A stretch of 64,000 bases of DNA from Clostridia bacterium (lineage in GTDB: Bacteria; Bacillota; Clostridia; Christensenellales; CAG-138), in NCBI GenBank assembly GCA_017514685.1, contig JAFWJN010000028.1:910-64909 (forward strand), read 5' to 3'. The translations under genes and the position numbers were made by a program. The notes under the pieces were generated by a model, which saw only the letters and a program-made list of their open reading frames with translations, did no database searches and was not told where the DNA came from. Numbering within the stretch: the stretch's first letter is position 1; each line of letters opens with the position of its first letter. Below, piece by piece: positions 10,124-19,894 of this stretch.

Positions 10124-12097
10124 ATGAACTGGAGACCTATCAATTCCGAACCGATCGATCATGTACGGCTTGAAACACTGAAGAAAAATCTTTCTCTGTC
10201 CGAGCCTTTTTTGCGTGTTCTGATCAGGAGAGGGTTGTCTGATCCCCGGGAAATCGAGCGTTTTTTGCATCCGGAAATGGAGCCGCTTCCAAGCCCGGGA
10301 CTGCTTTTCGATATAGAGAAGGCGGTGGAAAGAATTCATCGCGCTGTCCGGGAACGGGAAAAAATCTGCATCTACGGAGATTATGACGTTGACGGCGTAT
10401 GCGCGACTACGATCCTGTTCCGGACGCTGTCCGAGCTGGGCGCATTTGTATCCTATGAAATACCGGAGCGGCAGACCGAAGGATACGGAATGCATGAAGG
10501 GAATGTGCAAAGGCTTGCCGATCAGGGAGTTCAGCTGATCATTACCGTGGACAACGGAATCTCAGCGCATAAAGAGATCGATCTGTGCAATTCTCTTGGG
10601 ATCGATGTCGTTGTCACAGATCATCATCAATGTCATGAGACCCTCCCGAATGCGTATGCGGTTGTCTGCGCGACAAGGGAAGGACAGGACGAGCGTATCC
10701 GGCATATCTGCGGGGGAGTCGTCGCGATGCTTCTTGCGACAGCGCTCGGGCAGAGGGAAGACCGGTTTCTGGCAATCGCCGCGCTTGCGACGGTAGCGGA
10801 CATCATGCCGTTGACAGGATTCAACCGGACGATTGTGGCGAAGGGAATCCCGCTGATTGATTCTGAACCGGGACTGTGCGCGCTTTTGGAAGCGGCAGGT
10901 GCAGCCGGTCAGCCGGTCAACACGCAGACGCTTTCCTTTATTCTTTCTCCGCACATCAATGCGGCCGGGCGTATGGGAGATGCCTCCAGAGCAGTGGAAC
11001 TGCTCATCAGCGCGGATTATAATGTCCGGCGGCATTATGCGCAGGAACTGGAAGCTGCAAACAGTGAGCGCAAATCGGAGGAGCAAAGAATCATTCAGGA
11101 GACGGAGAAGCAGATTCCTTCCCGCGAAAAACATCTGCTCCTGATGCTTCGCGGAGAAGACTGGAATCCCGGAGTAATCGGAATCGTGGCATCCCGGATT
11201 CTGAATCAGTATCATTGCCCGGTACTGCTGTTCACCAGAGTCGGTGAGGAATTGGTCGGATCGGGAAGAAGTGTTCCGGGAGTGGATCTGTTCGGTTTGC
11301 TCAGCGATCATGCATCCTTCTTTACTCGATTCGGCGGGCATACGCAGGCGGCAGGCTGCGCGATGAAATCCTGCGATTTTGAACGGTGCCGGAAGGAACT
11401 GACCGAGGATCTTCACAGACGCTATCCACAGGGTCTGGAACCTGAGACGGAAGAATATGAAGAGCAGATTGAGATAAAGGATTGCACGGTACCGTTTGCC
11501 AGAGAACTGCAGATGCTTGCTCCGTTCGGAGAAGGGAACCCGGAACCGCAGTTTCTGATAAAAGGTACATTGGAGGAATTGAATGCAGTCGGAAAAGACG
11601 GAGCGCATCTGTCTGCTGTAATCAGTGACGATAACACAAGATTGAAACTGATCGCGTTCCGGTTCGGAGACCGGTACAAAGAATGGAAGAGACTGGAAAC
11701 GGTGGAAGTCCTGTGCCGGCTGAAAGAAAACGTATTCCGAGGTTTTTCTTCCGTGAATGGTCAGGTAACGGCTCTAAGAGCCTGGATACCGGAGAATCTG
11801 AGGATAGCGGCAGAGGCTTTCTGGAAGTCGCCGGATCCGGTTTATGCAAGAAGAATAGCAGATGCTTCCGTAAAGAGACCGGATGAAGCGAGAATGAGAC
11901 AACTGTTCGTACGGACAAGGGAATGCCTGAAAGCAGGGCTTCTGATCTGTGATCTGGATGAGGAACTGCTGCTGACCATGCTGGTTCTGTATGAAGCGGG
12001 CATTGTATATCCGGTTGACGAGCGGTTGTTTGAACGGAAGATCGAAGAAAAGAAACAGATTGCAAGCGGAGTCTTGTATTCTGTAATGCATCGGTAG
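10124..12097 (+). CDS. recJ: ssDNA-specific exonuclease RecJ
   Basis: GDYDVDG, ITVDNG, TDHH, INAAGR, GSGRS, GGH..AAG and APFGEGNPEP motifs. Confidence 0.95.
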   Translation: MNWRPINSEPIDHVRLETLKKNLSLSEPFLRVLIRRGLSDPREIERFLHPEMEPLPSPGLLFDIEKAVERIHRAVREREKICIYGDYDVDGVCATTILFRTLSELGAFVSYEIPERQTEGYGMHEGNVQRLADQGVQLIITVDNGISAHKEIDLCNSLGIDVVVTDHHQCHETLPNAYAVVCATREGQDERIRHICGGVVAMLLATALGQREDRFLAIAALATVADIMPLTGFNRTIVAKGIPLIDSEPGLCALLEAAGAAGQPVNTQTLSFILSPHINAAGRMGDASRAVELLISADYNVRRHYAQELEAANSERKSEEQRIIQETEKQIPSREKHLLLMLRGEDWNPGVIGIVASRILNQYHCPVLLFTRVGEELVGSGRSVPGVDLFGLLSDHASFFTRFGGHTQAAGCAMKSCDFERCRKELTEDLHRRYPQGLEPETEEYEEQIEIKDCTVPFARELQMLAPFGEGNPEPQFLIKGTLEELNAVGKDGAHLSAVISDDNTRLKLIAFRFGDRYKEWKRLETVEVLCRLKENVFRGFSSVNGQVTALRAWIPENLRIAAEAFWKSPDPVYARRIADASVKRPDEARMRQLFVRTRECLKAGLLICDLDEELLLTMLVLYEAGIVYPVDERLFERKIEEKKQIASGVLYSVMHR

Positions 12098-12113
12098 TAA
12101 AATAGAGGCTGTT

Positions 12114-14309
12114 ATGGAAGAACAGAGCGAACTGAAATTAAAAGAACAGCTCCTGAACGATTTTCGGAAAAAGTTCGGTATTGAGCTGGGAGAAAAAATG
12201 CGGGAAGCGGTCGAATTCGCGGAGCGCGTGCACTGCAATCAGCGGCGGGATGCCGGTGATGCTTATGTCACGCACCCGATGACAGTTTCCATCTATCTTC
12301 TGAAAATGGGAATGGACGCACCGACCGTCATAGCCGGTGTGCTTCATGATACCGTAGAAGATGGGGACGGCGTCAAGATTGAAGATATTGAAGCTCTGTT
12401 CGGGAAAGAAGTCGCGTCGCTGGTCGACGGAGTCACCAAGCTGACAAAATCCGGAAACCAGACGTATATCACGAAAAAACAGGAGCAGACGGAGAATCTT
12501 CGGAAACTGTTCTTATCCATTGCATCCGATGTCAGGGTCGTCATTATCAAGCTGGCTGACCGCCTGCACAACATGCGGACGCTTGCTTACTGTACCCCGG
12601 AAAAGCAGGCCAGAAAAGCGAAAGAGACTATGGAAGTTTACGCACCGCTGGCGGACCGTTTCGGTATGGGCGTCATCCGGTCGGAACTGGAGGATCTGTC
12701 ATTTGCCTATCTGATGCCGGAAGAGTACCGGAAACTGAAAGAAGAAGTATCGGTTCAGCAGAAGGAGCGGATGGAAGCTCTCAGCACCGCAATGGAAAAA
12801 ATGAAGGTGCTATTAAAGGAAGCCGACATCAAGGGAGATATTTCCGGCCGTCCGAAACATCTCTATTCCACCTACCGGAAGATGCAGCGTAATAATTATA
12901 AGCTGAACGAGCTTTACGATCTGATTGCAATCCGGATTATTGTGGAGACGGTCAACGACTGCTATGCGGCTCTGGGCGTTGTTCATGCAACCTGGAAACC
13001 GCTTCCCGGTAGATTTAAAGATTATATCGCGATGCCGAAGCCGAACATGTACCGTTCTCTTCATACGACGGTCATGAGCGAAAACAGTATTCCGTTTGAA
13101 ATCCAGATCCGTACCAGAGAGATGCATGAAACCGCCGAATACGGAATCGCCGCTCACTGGATGTATAAAGACGACAAGAAGATCATGACCGAACTGGATC
13201 AGAAAACTTCTCTGATCAAACAGATCATCGAGGCGGATGAAACAACCGAGGACAGCAAGGAATTCGTTGAGAACGTACTGAAAGACTTCCTTGGAGAATA
13301 TGTATTCGTACTGACGCCGCAAGGGGAGATCATTGATTTGCCGGTCGGCTCCACTCCGCTGGATTTTGCATATCGAATTCATACGAATGTCGGACACCAT
13401 TGCCAGCACGCACGAGTCAACGGGAATATGGTCCGTCTGGATTACAAACTCAAGACAAACGATGTTGTTGAGATCATTACTTCGAATTCCCAGATCGGAC
13501 CGAGACGTGACTGGCTGAATATCGTTAAGACACAGTCTGCCAGAAACAAAATACGGCAATGGTTCAAACGCGAAAACCGTGAGGAAAATGTCCAGCGCGG
13601 ACGTGAAATGCTGGAAGAAACCGCAAAAAGACATGCGCAGAATCTCCAGATACTGCTCAAACCGGAATATATCAATGAAATCATCAAGCGCATGACGATT
13701 TCCTCCCTGGAAGATCTGTACGCGACGATCGGATACGGAGGAATTTCTGCAGGACAGGTCCTGCATAAGCTGATGGATTGCCATCGCAAGGAAATGCGCC
13801 TTGAGGAGATGAACAAGAAACTCGAGGAAGCGGGAAAAGAACCGCATAAGCCGACCGCTCATACGATTCGAAACGGAATCTATGTGCATGGTGATCCGGG
13901 AATGGCTGTTTTCTTCGCGAATTGCTGCAATCCTCTTCCCGGTGATCCGATCATCGGATATATCACAAGGGGGAGAGGAATCTCGGTTCACAGAGCCGAC
14001 TGCAAGAACGCGGAGAATCTGCTCCGGGATCAGGAGCGGATCATTGAGGTTGAATGGGCGGAAGAGGAGAACAGTACGTTCTCTGCAAGCATCCGCGTAG
14101 TCGTTGTGGACAAGGCAGGCTCTCTGATGGCGGTCAGCAAGGTTTTGACCAATCTGAATGTCAATATGACCAGTTTGAGAAGCCGCATCGGAGACGAAGG
14201 TTCTGCAATATTCGAAATGTCATTCTCAGTCACCGGTACCGAACAGTTGAAAATCATTATCGCAAACCTGAAGAAACTGCCGGAAGTCATCGACGTTTAT
14301 CGAACCTGA
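12114..14309 (+). CDS. rel: Bifunctional (p)ppGpp synthetase/hydrolase Rel
   Basis: HD (LHDTVED), KLADRLHNMRTL, RFKDYI, YRSLHT, EIQIRT; TGS, CC.P.PGD and ACT domains. Confidence 0.96.
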   Translation: MEEQSELKLKEQLLNDFRKKFGIELGEKMREAVEFAERVHCNQRRDAGDAYVTHPMTVSIYLLKMGMDAPTVIAGVLHDTVEDGDGVKIEDIEALFGKEVASLVDGVTKLTKSGNQTYITKKQEQTENLRKLFLSIASDVRVVIIKLADRLHNMRTLAYCTPEKQARKAKETMEVYAPLADRFGMGVIRSELEDLSFAYLMPEEYRKLKEEVSVQQKERMEALSTAMEKMKVLLKEADIKGDISGRPKHLYSTYRKMQRNNYKLNELYDLIAIRIIVETVNDCYAALGVVHATWKPLPGRFKDYIAMPKPNMYRSLHTTVMSENSIPFEIQIRTREMHETAEYGIAAHWMYKDDKKIMTELDQKTSLIKQIIEADETTEDSKEFVENVLKDFLGEYVFVLTPQGEIIDLPVGSTPLDFAYRIHTNVGHHCQHARVNGNMVRLDYKLKTNDVVEIITSNSQIGPRRDWLNIVKTQSARNKIRQWFKRENREENVQRGREMLEETAKRHAQNLQILLKPEYINEIIKRMTISSLEDLYATIGYGGISAGQVLHKLMDCHRKEMRLEEMNKKLEEAGKEPHKPTAHTIRNGIYVHGDPGMAVFFANCCNPLPGDPIIGYITRGRGISVHRADCKNAENLLRDQERIIEVEWAEEENSTFSASIRVVVVDKAGSLMAVSKVLTNLNVNMTSLRSRIGDEGSAIFEMSFSVTGTEQLKIIIANLKKLPEVIDVYRT

Positions 14310-14318
14310 GGAGGTTGT

Positions 14319-14765
14319 ATGCGTGCTGTGGTGCAGCGTGTATCGAGCGCTAAAGTGGAAATCGGAGGCGAATGCGCCGGTCAGATCCAGAAAGGTCTGT
14401 GTGTTCTGCTTGGGGTAGACGTGACAGATACGGAAGCGGATGCGGATTATCTGTGCGACAAACTGACCGGGCTTCGGATCTTTGACGACGAGAACGGAGT
14501 TCCCAACCGGTCCGTTATGGACATCGGGGGATCGATCCTTTTAATTTCCCAGTTTACTTTATTGGGGGATGCGCGGAAAGGCCGGAGACCAAGCTATATC
14601 GCTGCGGCAAGACCTGAGACGGCGGTCCCTCTGTATGAAAGATGCATCCGGCTGCTGAAAACTCAGGTGCCGGTAGAGACGGGCGTTTTCGGGGCGGACA
14701 TGCAGGTCACGCTCTGCAATGACGGACCTTTTACGATTCTTCTGGATTCAAGGAGGACTTTCTGA
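14319..14765 (+). CDS. dtd: D-aminoacyl-tRNA deacylase
   Basis: MRAVVQRV, SQFTL, GRRPS and NDGPFT motifs. Confidence 0.96.
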   Translation: MRAVVQRVSSAKVEIGGECAGQIQKGLCVLLGVDVTDTEADADYLCDKLTGLRIFDDENGVPNRSVMDIGGSILLISQFTLLGDARKGRRPSYIAAARPETAVPLYERCIRLLKTQVPVETGVFGADMQVTLCNDGPFTILLDSRRTF

Positions 14766-15409
14766 TGATTCTGACCTACCCGATGGGTCCGATCGATGCG
14801 AATTGTTATCTGGTGATCAACGAGATCACAAAGGAAGCGGCGGCGGTGGATCCTTCCGATGCGGATGCGGTATGCAGCATTCTGAAAGAGAAGGGGCTGA
14901 CACTGACGCACATTCTGCTGACTCACCGTCATTTTGATCATCTGGCAGGCGTTGCGGCTTTAAAGCAGCGCACACAGTGCAGGGTCATGATCCATCCTCT
15001 GGACAAAGAAGGACTTCTGGATTCGGAGACGTCCAGAGCGACCATGCTGGGAGGCATTCTGACTCCCTGTGAACCGACGGATCTGGTTCAGGACGGGGAT
15101 GTCATCCATGCGGCAGGTTATGAATACCGCGTTCTTTATACGCCGGGACATACAGAAGGGGGAGTCTGCTATGTCTGTGATGAAGGACAGTACGCTTTTA
15201 CCGGGGACACGGTGTTTTTTGAGGGAATCGGACGGACAGATCTACCCACAGGCAACATGCGAAAACTGATGCATTCGCTCTTTGATGTCATTCTGCAGCT
15301 GCCTCCGAACTACGTACTCTATCCCGGACACGGGGAATCGACGACGGTTGCTCACGAGTGTGTCAATAATCCCATGCTACGCTATCGGGGGAATCCATGG
15401 TTCAACTGA
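14765..15409 (+). CDS. MBL-fold metallo-hydrolase (glyoxalase II-like)
   Basis: THRHFDH, TPGHT, FTGD, GRTDL and YPGHG motifs; usual position after dtd. Confidence 0.92.
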   Translation: MILTYPMGPIDANCYLVINEITKEAAAVDPSDADAVCSILKEKGLTLTHILLTHRHFDHLAGVAALKQRTQCRVMIHPLDKEGLLDSETSRATMLGGILTPCEPTDLVQDGDVIHAAGYEYRVLYTPGHTEGGVCYVCDEGQYAFTGDTVFFEGIGRTDLPTGNMRKLMHSLFDVILQLPPNYVLYPGHGESTTVAHECVNNPMLRYRGNPWFN

Positions 15410-16833
15410 TCACAAATGTAACGCAATATGAAAATGACATTGCCGAAGAAATTCGGCTTTTTTTAGGTGCGGTTGAGATCTGCAGGGAGGATGCCGGCGC
15501 AGAGTACCGGATGCAGATCATGCTCGACCGGGAAACACGGACAGCATCCGGAACGCTGAACGGCGAATCGGCATCCTTTCCGGTCTTTCCGGACGGCGGA
15601 AATGCGCTGGAATGCAAGCGGCAGGAAAAGCGCGCTGTAAAACGAACAGCGTATGCCCTCATGCAGAAGGTTTGCCCGAAGAAGATGCCGTGGGGCAGTC
15701 TGACAGGCATCCGGCCTACTAAATTGCTGCGTGAACTGGAACAAAGGCACGGAGCCACGGAAGCGGTCAGGCAGTTCCGGGAAGTCTTCTCCGTAGAGGA
15801 TGACAAACTCCGGTTAGCTGCAACCATCAATGCCGTTCAGCGTCCGTTTATTGAGTCGGTCGGACCAAGAGACCTGGATGTCTATGTGGGGATTCCGTAC
15901 TGCAGAACGAGATGCCTTTACTGCTCGTTCGGGTCGGAGATCGCAAAGGGCGCATCTGTGGAAGCATATCTGATCCCGCTGTTTGATGATATCTCGCGCG
16001 GAGGACAGCTTCTGAAAGACGGTGGATGGAATCTCCGGGCGTTTTATATCGGCGGAGGCACGCCGACGGTTCTGAATGAAGAACAGATGGACCGTCTCCT
16101 GACGCATATCGAGACGGTTTATGGCGGATATGGAATGGAATGTACCGTGGAAGCAGGACGTCCGGATACGATAACGGAGGAAAAACTACGGATTCTGAAA
16201 CGGCATGGAATCAGCAGGATATCTATCAATCCTCAATCCATGAACGATGAGACGTTGAAGCGAATCGGACGTGCTCATACGGCGGAGGAGATCGTCAGGA
16301 CCTTTGAATTGGCAAGAAAGATCGGGTTTGATTCGATCAATATGGATTTGATTGCCGGCCTTCCCGGAGAAAACGAGGAGGATTTTCAGAGGACGCTGTC
16401 CAAAGTGGCGGAATTGAAACCGGATAATCTGACCGTACATACGCTTGCTATCAAACGGTCAAGCCGCCTGAAAGAACAACTGGACCGCTATCCGCTCCCA
16501 TCTTCGGAATCGGTTGTCAGAATGATCGATATGGGCTTTATGACAGCCCGCTCGATTGGTTTATGGCCATATTATATGTACCGGCAGAAATACCAGAACG
16601 GAAATCTGGAAAATGTCGGCTACGCCGGGAAAGATAAGGTCTGCATCTACAATATTGACATGATGGAGGAAACTACATCCATCCTGGCGCACGGGGCGAA
16701 CGCTATGACAAAGCGGATCTTTGACGCGGAACAGAGAGTGGAACGGATCGCGGCGCCGAAAGATGTTCCGACCTACACCAATAAGCTTCCCCTGCTTGAC
16801 AGTCAGAAACGGGAACTGTTTTTGCAGCGATAG
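15397..16833 (+). CDS. hemZ: HemZ radical SAM protein
   Basis: WGSLTGIRPTK, CxxxCxxC (CRTRCLYC), GGGTPT, EAGRPD and PYYMYRQK motifs. Confidence 0.92.
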   Translation: MVQLITNVTQYENDIAEEIRLFLGAVEICREDAGAEYRMQIMLDRETRTASGTLNGESASFPVFPDGGNALECKRQEKRAVKRTAYALMQKVCPKKMPWGSLTGIRPTKLLRELEQRHGATEAVRQFREVFSVEDDKLRLAATINAVQRPFIESVGPRDLDVYVGIPYCRTRCLYCSFGSEIAKGASVEAYLIPLFDDISRGGQLLKDGGWNLRAFYIGGGTPTVLNEEQMDRLLTHIETVYGGYGMECTVEAGRPDTITEEKLRILKRHGISRISINPQSMNDETLKRIGRAHTAEEIVRTFELARKIGFDSINMDLIAGLPGENEEDFQRTLSKVAELKPDNLTVHTLAIKRSSRLKEQLDRYPLPSSESVVRMIDMGFMTARSIGLWPYYMYRQKYQNGNLENVGYAGKDKVCIYNIDMMEETTSILAHGANAMTKRIFDAEQRVERIAAPKDVPTYTNKLPLLDSQKRELFLQR

Positions 16834-16898
16834 AACTTCTTCGGAAAACCTTCAGTGAAAAGCATATCGGCTTTTACGAAAAGCATACCTGCGGCTGA

Positions 16899-16928
16899 TT
16901 GACAAAGACGTAAAAATACCCTTATAAT
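16899..16928 (+). promoter_or_regulatory. SigA-type promoter of glnA
   Basis: TTGACA (16899-16904), 18-nt spacer, TATAAT (16923-16928). Confidence 0.75.
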
Positions 16929-17074
16929 TATTCACATATTTGAATACGGAGTTCCTCTCTTCGGAACCGACATGTGCATCGGGAAAAGGCATGGAGTGCC
17001 TGCTTTTCTGATAAACATGTTTCCCCTCATCGCTGCCGGAACCGACAATTGAACGGCAAAAAGGAGAATCACAA

Positions 17075-18406
17075 ATGAAACATTATACGAAAGAAGACAT
17101 CATACGGATCGTTAATGAAGAAGACATCGAATTTATCCGTCTGCAGTTTACGGACATTTTCGGCCAATTGAAAAACGTTGCTGTAACCAAATTCCAGATT
17201 CAGAAAGTCGTGGATAATCAGATCATGATTGATGGAAGTTCCATTGAAGGGTTTACGCGTATTCATGAATCCGATCAGTATCTGTATCCGGATCTGGATA
17301 CGTTCGTGATCCTTCCCTGGATGCCGAAAACCAGAAGAACCGCCCGACTGATCTGCGACGTTTACAATCCGGACGGAACGCCGTTTGTCGGAGATCCAAG
17401 GTATGTTCTGAAAAAGACGCTGAAGAAAGCGGAAGCCATGGGCTATACGTTCAACGCCGGTCCGGAGATGGAATTTTTCCTGTTCGAAACCGATGAAAAA
17501 GGTTATCCGACGACGGATACCGCTGATGCTGCCAGCTATTTCGATATGGCGCCGATCGATCACGGCGGAGATGTCCGCAGAGAGATCTGTCTCAATCTGG
17601 AAGAAATGGGCTTTGAAATCGAGGCAAGCCATCATGAAGTGGCAGCAGGACAGCATGAGATCGACTTCAAATATGCGGAAGCCCTCCGTGCTGCGGATAA
17701 TATCAGCACGTTCCGGATGGCGGTCAAGACACTGGCACAGACAAGAGGACTGCACGCGACCTTCATGCCAAAACCGGTATTCGGAATCAATGGTTCCGGT
17801 ATGCATATGAATATGTCACTCTTCAAAGACGGAAAGAACATTTTCTTTGATGAGAAGGGTGATAAGAAGCTTTCCAAAGAAGCATACAGCTTTATCGCGG
17901 GTCTGCTGTATCATGTGCGCGGAATGACCGCGATCACCAATCCTTTGGTCAATTCCTACAAGCGTCTCGTCCCGGGCTATGAGGCACCCTGCTATCTGGC
18001 TTGGAGCGCTTCCAACCGTTCCGCACTGATTCGGATTCCCGCTGCGCGCGGCAACTCCACGAGAGTGGAACTTCGCTGCCCGGATCCTTCCTGCAATCCG
18101 TATCTGGCGATGGCCGTATGCCTGGCTGCCGGACTGGACGGAATCGAAAAGAACATGACGCCGCCTCCTGAAATCACCGAGAACATCTATGCGATGACGG
18201 ATGACGAGCGGAAGATGCACGGAATCGATTCTTTGCCGGGTTCTCTCGAAGAAGCTGTTTCCTGCCTGGAAAAGGATCCTGTCGTGATCCATACGCTTGG
18301 AGAGCATATCTTCCACAGTTATACCGAAGGCAAAAAGCGGGAATGGGACGAATACAGAACCCGTGTAACTGACTGGGAAGTCAAAAAATACATGGTGATC
18401 TATTGA
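17075..18406 (+). CDS. glnA: Glutamine synthetase type I
   Basis: [52 protein letters not shown] and ELRCPD motifs. Confidence 0.97.
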   Translation: MKHYTKEDIIRIVNEEDIEFIRLQFTDIFGQLKNVAVTKFQIQKVVDNQIMIDGSSIEGFTRIHESDQYLYPDLDTFVILPWMPKTRRTARLICDVYNPDGTPFVGDPRYVLKKTLKKAEAMGYTFNAGPEMEFFLFETDEKGYPTTDTADAASYFDMAPIDHGGDVRREICLNLEEMGFEIEASHHEVAAGQHEIDFKYAEALRAADNISTFRMAVKTLAQTRGLHATFMPKPVFGINGSGMHMNMSLFKDGKNIFFDEKGDKKLSKEAYSFIAGLLYHVRGMTAITNPLVNSYKRLVPGYEAPCYLAWSASNRSALIRIPAARGNSTRVELRCPDPSCNPYLAMAVCLAAGLDGIEKNMTPPPEITENIYAMTDDERKMHGIDSLPGSLEEAVSCLEKDPVVIHTLGEHIFHSYTEGKKREWDEYRTRVTDWEVKKYMVIY

Positions 18407-18415
18407 GCGGGTAAT

Positions 18416-18592
18416 ATGGAACTGCCGAATGATCCTGTATTGCTTCTGTCTGTAGTGAATATGAAGCTGAGAGATTACTATCCGTCACTGGATGCTCTGT
18501 GCGATGACATGATGGTGAATCGGGAAGAACTGGAGAAGAAACTTTCCGACATTGGATACATCTATGACAATGAACGGAATTCGTTTTGCTGA
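18416..18592 (+). CDS. DUF4250-family small protein (58 aa, below the ORF-track cutoff)
   Basis: MELPNDPVLLLSVVNMKLRDYYPSLDALCDDM...LSDIGYIYDNERNSFC*. Confidence 0.85.
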   Translation: MELPNDPVLLLSVVNMKLRDYYPSLDALCDDMMVNREELEKKLSDIGYIYDNERNSFC

Positions 18593-18597
18593 TACAT

Positions 18598-18656
18598 AGC
18601 GGGGACACAAGTCCCTGCTTTTTTAAAAATCACCGGTTAATCTCAACCGGTGATTT
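18598..18656. terminator. Two terminators for the convergent glnA/DUF4250 and lgt units
   Basis: AGCGGGGAC-ACAA-GTCCCTGCT-TTTTT, then AAATCACCGGTT-AATCTC-AACCGGTGATTT. Confidence 0.75.
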
Positions 18657-18684
18657 ACTGTTCAGAAGAATCGTAGGTAAAAGG

Positions 18685-19710
18685 TCACTGATCCCCGCCG
18701 GAGGCGTCATCTCCGGAAGAAACCTCTGCAACTGCGGCAACTTCCGCGGCTTCAGATACTTCTGAAGTGTCTGCCGAGACTTCAGCCTCTTCTGCAAATT
18801 CCTGAGGACCAGCGGACTTGCTGTCCGATTCTTCGGGTTCTTCCGTGACGGGAACCTGCTCCGGAATCACTTCTTCCGGTACAGTCAGATCATCTTCATG
18901 GAATTCTTTCAGCGGTTCGTCTTTGGGCCATTTCCGGGAAAGCACAAAAACTATTATGCCGGCGGTCAGCGTCACGATGCTGATCCACTGGGAAGTGGCA
19001 AGCGGACCGTAGATTCCGCGGATCGCATCACCGCGGAAGAACTCGATACAGAATCTCCAGACAGAGTAGAGAATCAGATACCATGCGGTTACGGTTCCGC
19101 GATGCTTGTTGTTCTTCAGGACAAGAAGAAGCACGGCGGCCAGAATCAGAAGGAAGATCGCTTCCATCAGGGGAACGGGAAGACGGTGAATTCCGTTCCG
19201 GTAGGTGACGGAAAGAAAACCGTCATATGTGAGATGATTGTTCAGGCACGCTTCCCCTTCGGCAACACCGTAGCAGCAGCCTACGAGCAGGCATCCGATT
19301 CTTCCGCCTGAGTGCGCGATGCAGAAGCAGGGAAGGATCAGATCGGAAAACGTGAAGAAATTACGCTTGCGGCGCAGGCACAGCAACAGAAGTCCGACGA
19401 TGCCTCCGAAAAGGCCGCCGTAAAAGACCATGCCTGAGGTGATCAGCGTCCAGACACCTTTCCAGGAAGGGTTCTGAATCACAGCGATAAGATCTTCCGG
19501 GGTCACGATCCAGTAAAGAATTTTCATCCCGATAAAACCGGCAAGGACCGCCCAGATCACACCGTCAAGAATTTCATCATTCCAGTCGAGGTTGGTAAAC
19601 TTCCTGGCAAAATAACAGGTGACCAAAGCCAGAATCGTGCCAATCAGAATACAAAAGCCCATGGACGGGATACCGAATGAGCCGATATGAAACAAATAAT
19701 CTCCTACCAT
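18685..19710 (-). CDS. lgt: Prolipoprotein diacylglyceryl transferase-family protein with acidic C-terminal tail
   Basis: GMVFYGG, GRIGC...GCCYG, RFCIEFFRGD and SQWIS motifs; multiple TM segments. Confidence 0.8.
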   Translation of the reverse strand: MVGDYLFHIGSFGIPSMGFCILIGTILALVTCYFARKFTNLDWNDEILDGVIWAVLAGFIGMKILYWIVTPEDLIAVIQNPSWKGVWTLITSGMVFYGGLFGGIVGLLLLCLRRKRNFFTFSDLILPCFCIAHSGGRIGCLLVGCCYGVAEGEACLNNHLTYDGFLSVTYRNGIHRLPVPLMEAIFLLILAAVLLLVLKNNKHRGTVTAWYLILYSVWRFCIEFFRGDAIRGIYGPLATSQWISIVTLTAGIIVFVLSRKWPKDEPLKEFHEDDLTVPEEVIPEQVPVTEEPEESDSKSAGPQEFAEEAEVSADTSEVSEAAEVAAVAEVSSGDDASGGDQ

Positions 19711-19819
19711 AGAGGAACTCCTTTCACGACATCAGCAACGCCCATAATATGACGGAATCAAAGGATTCAGAACTGACCGTGTGACTAGTTTATCACAGAG
19801 GGATTTTCTTGTAAAGCGG

Positions 19820-19848
19820 TTGACAAACGGAGCATAAAAAGTTAAAGT
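19820..19848 (+). promoter_or_regulatory. SigA-type promoter of leuS
   Basis: TTGACA-17-TAAAGT. Confidence 0.6.
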
Positions 19849-19894
19849 TATTTCATATTATTGGTACTGTTTTTACTATGGAGAGGTAGGACCT

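Noticed and set aside
12813-13991. 392-aa minus-strand ORF inside rel (and 348 aa inside recJ, 265 aa inside ygeW)
   Set aside because: Antisense open frames fully overlapping well-supported genes
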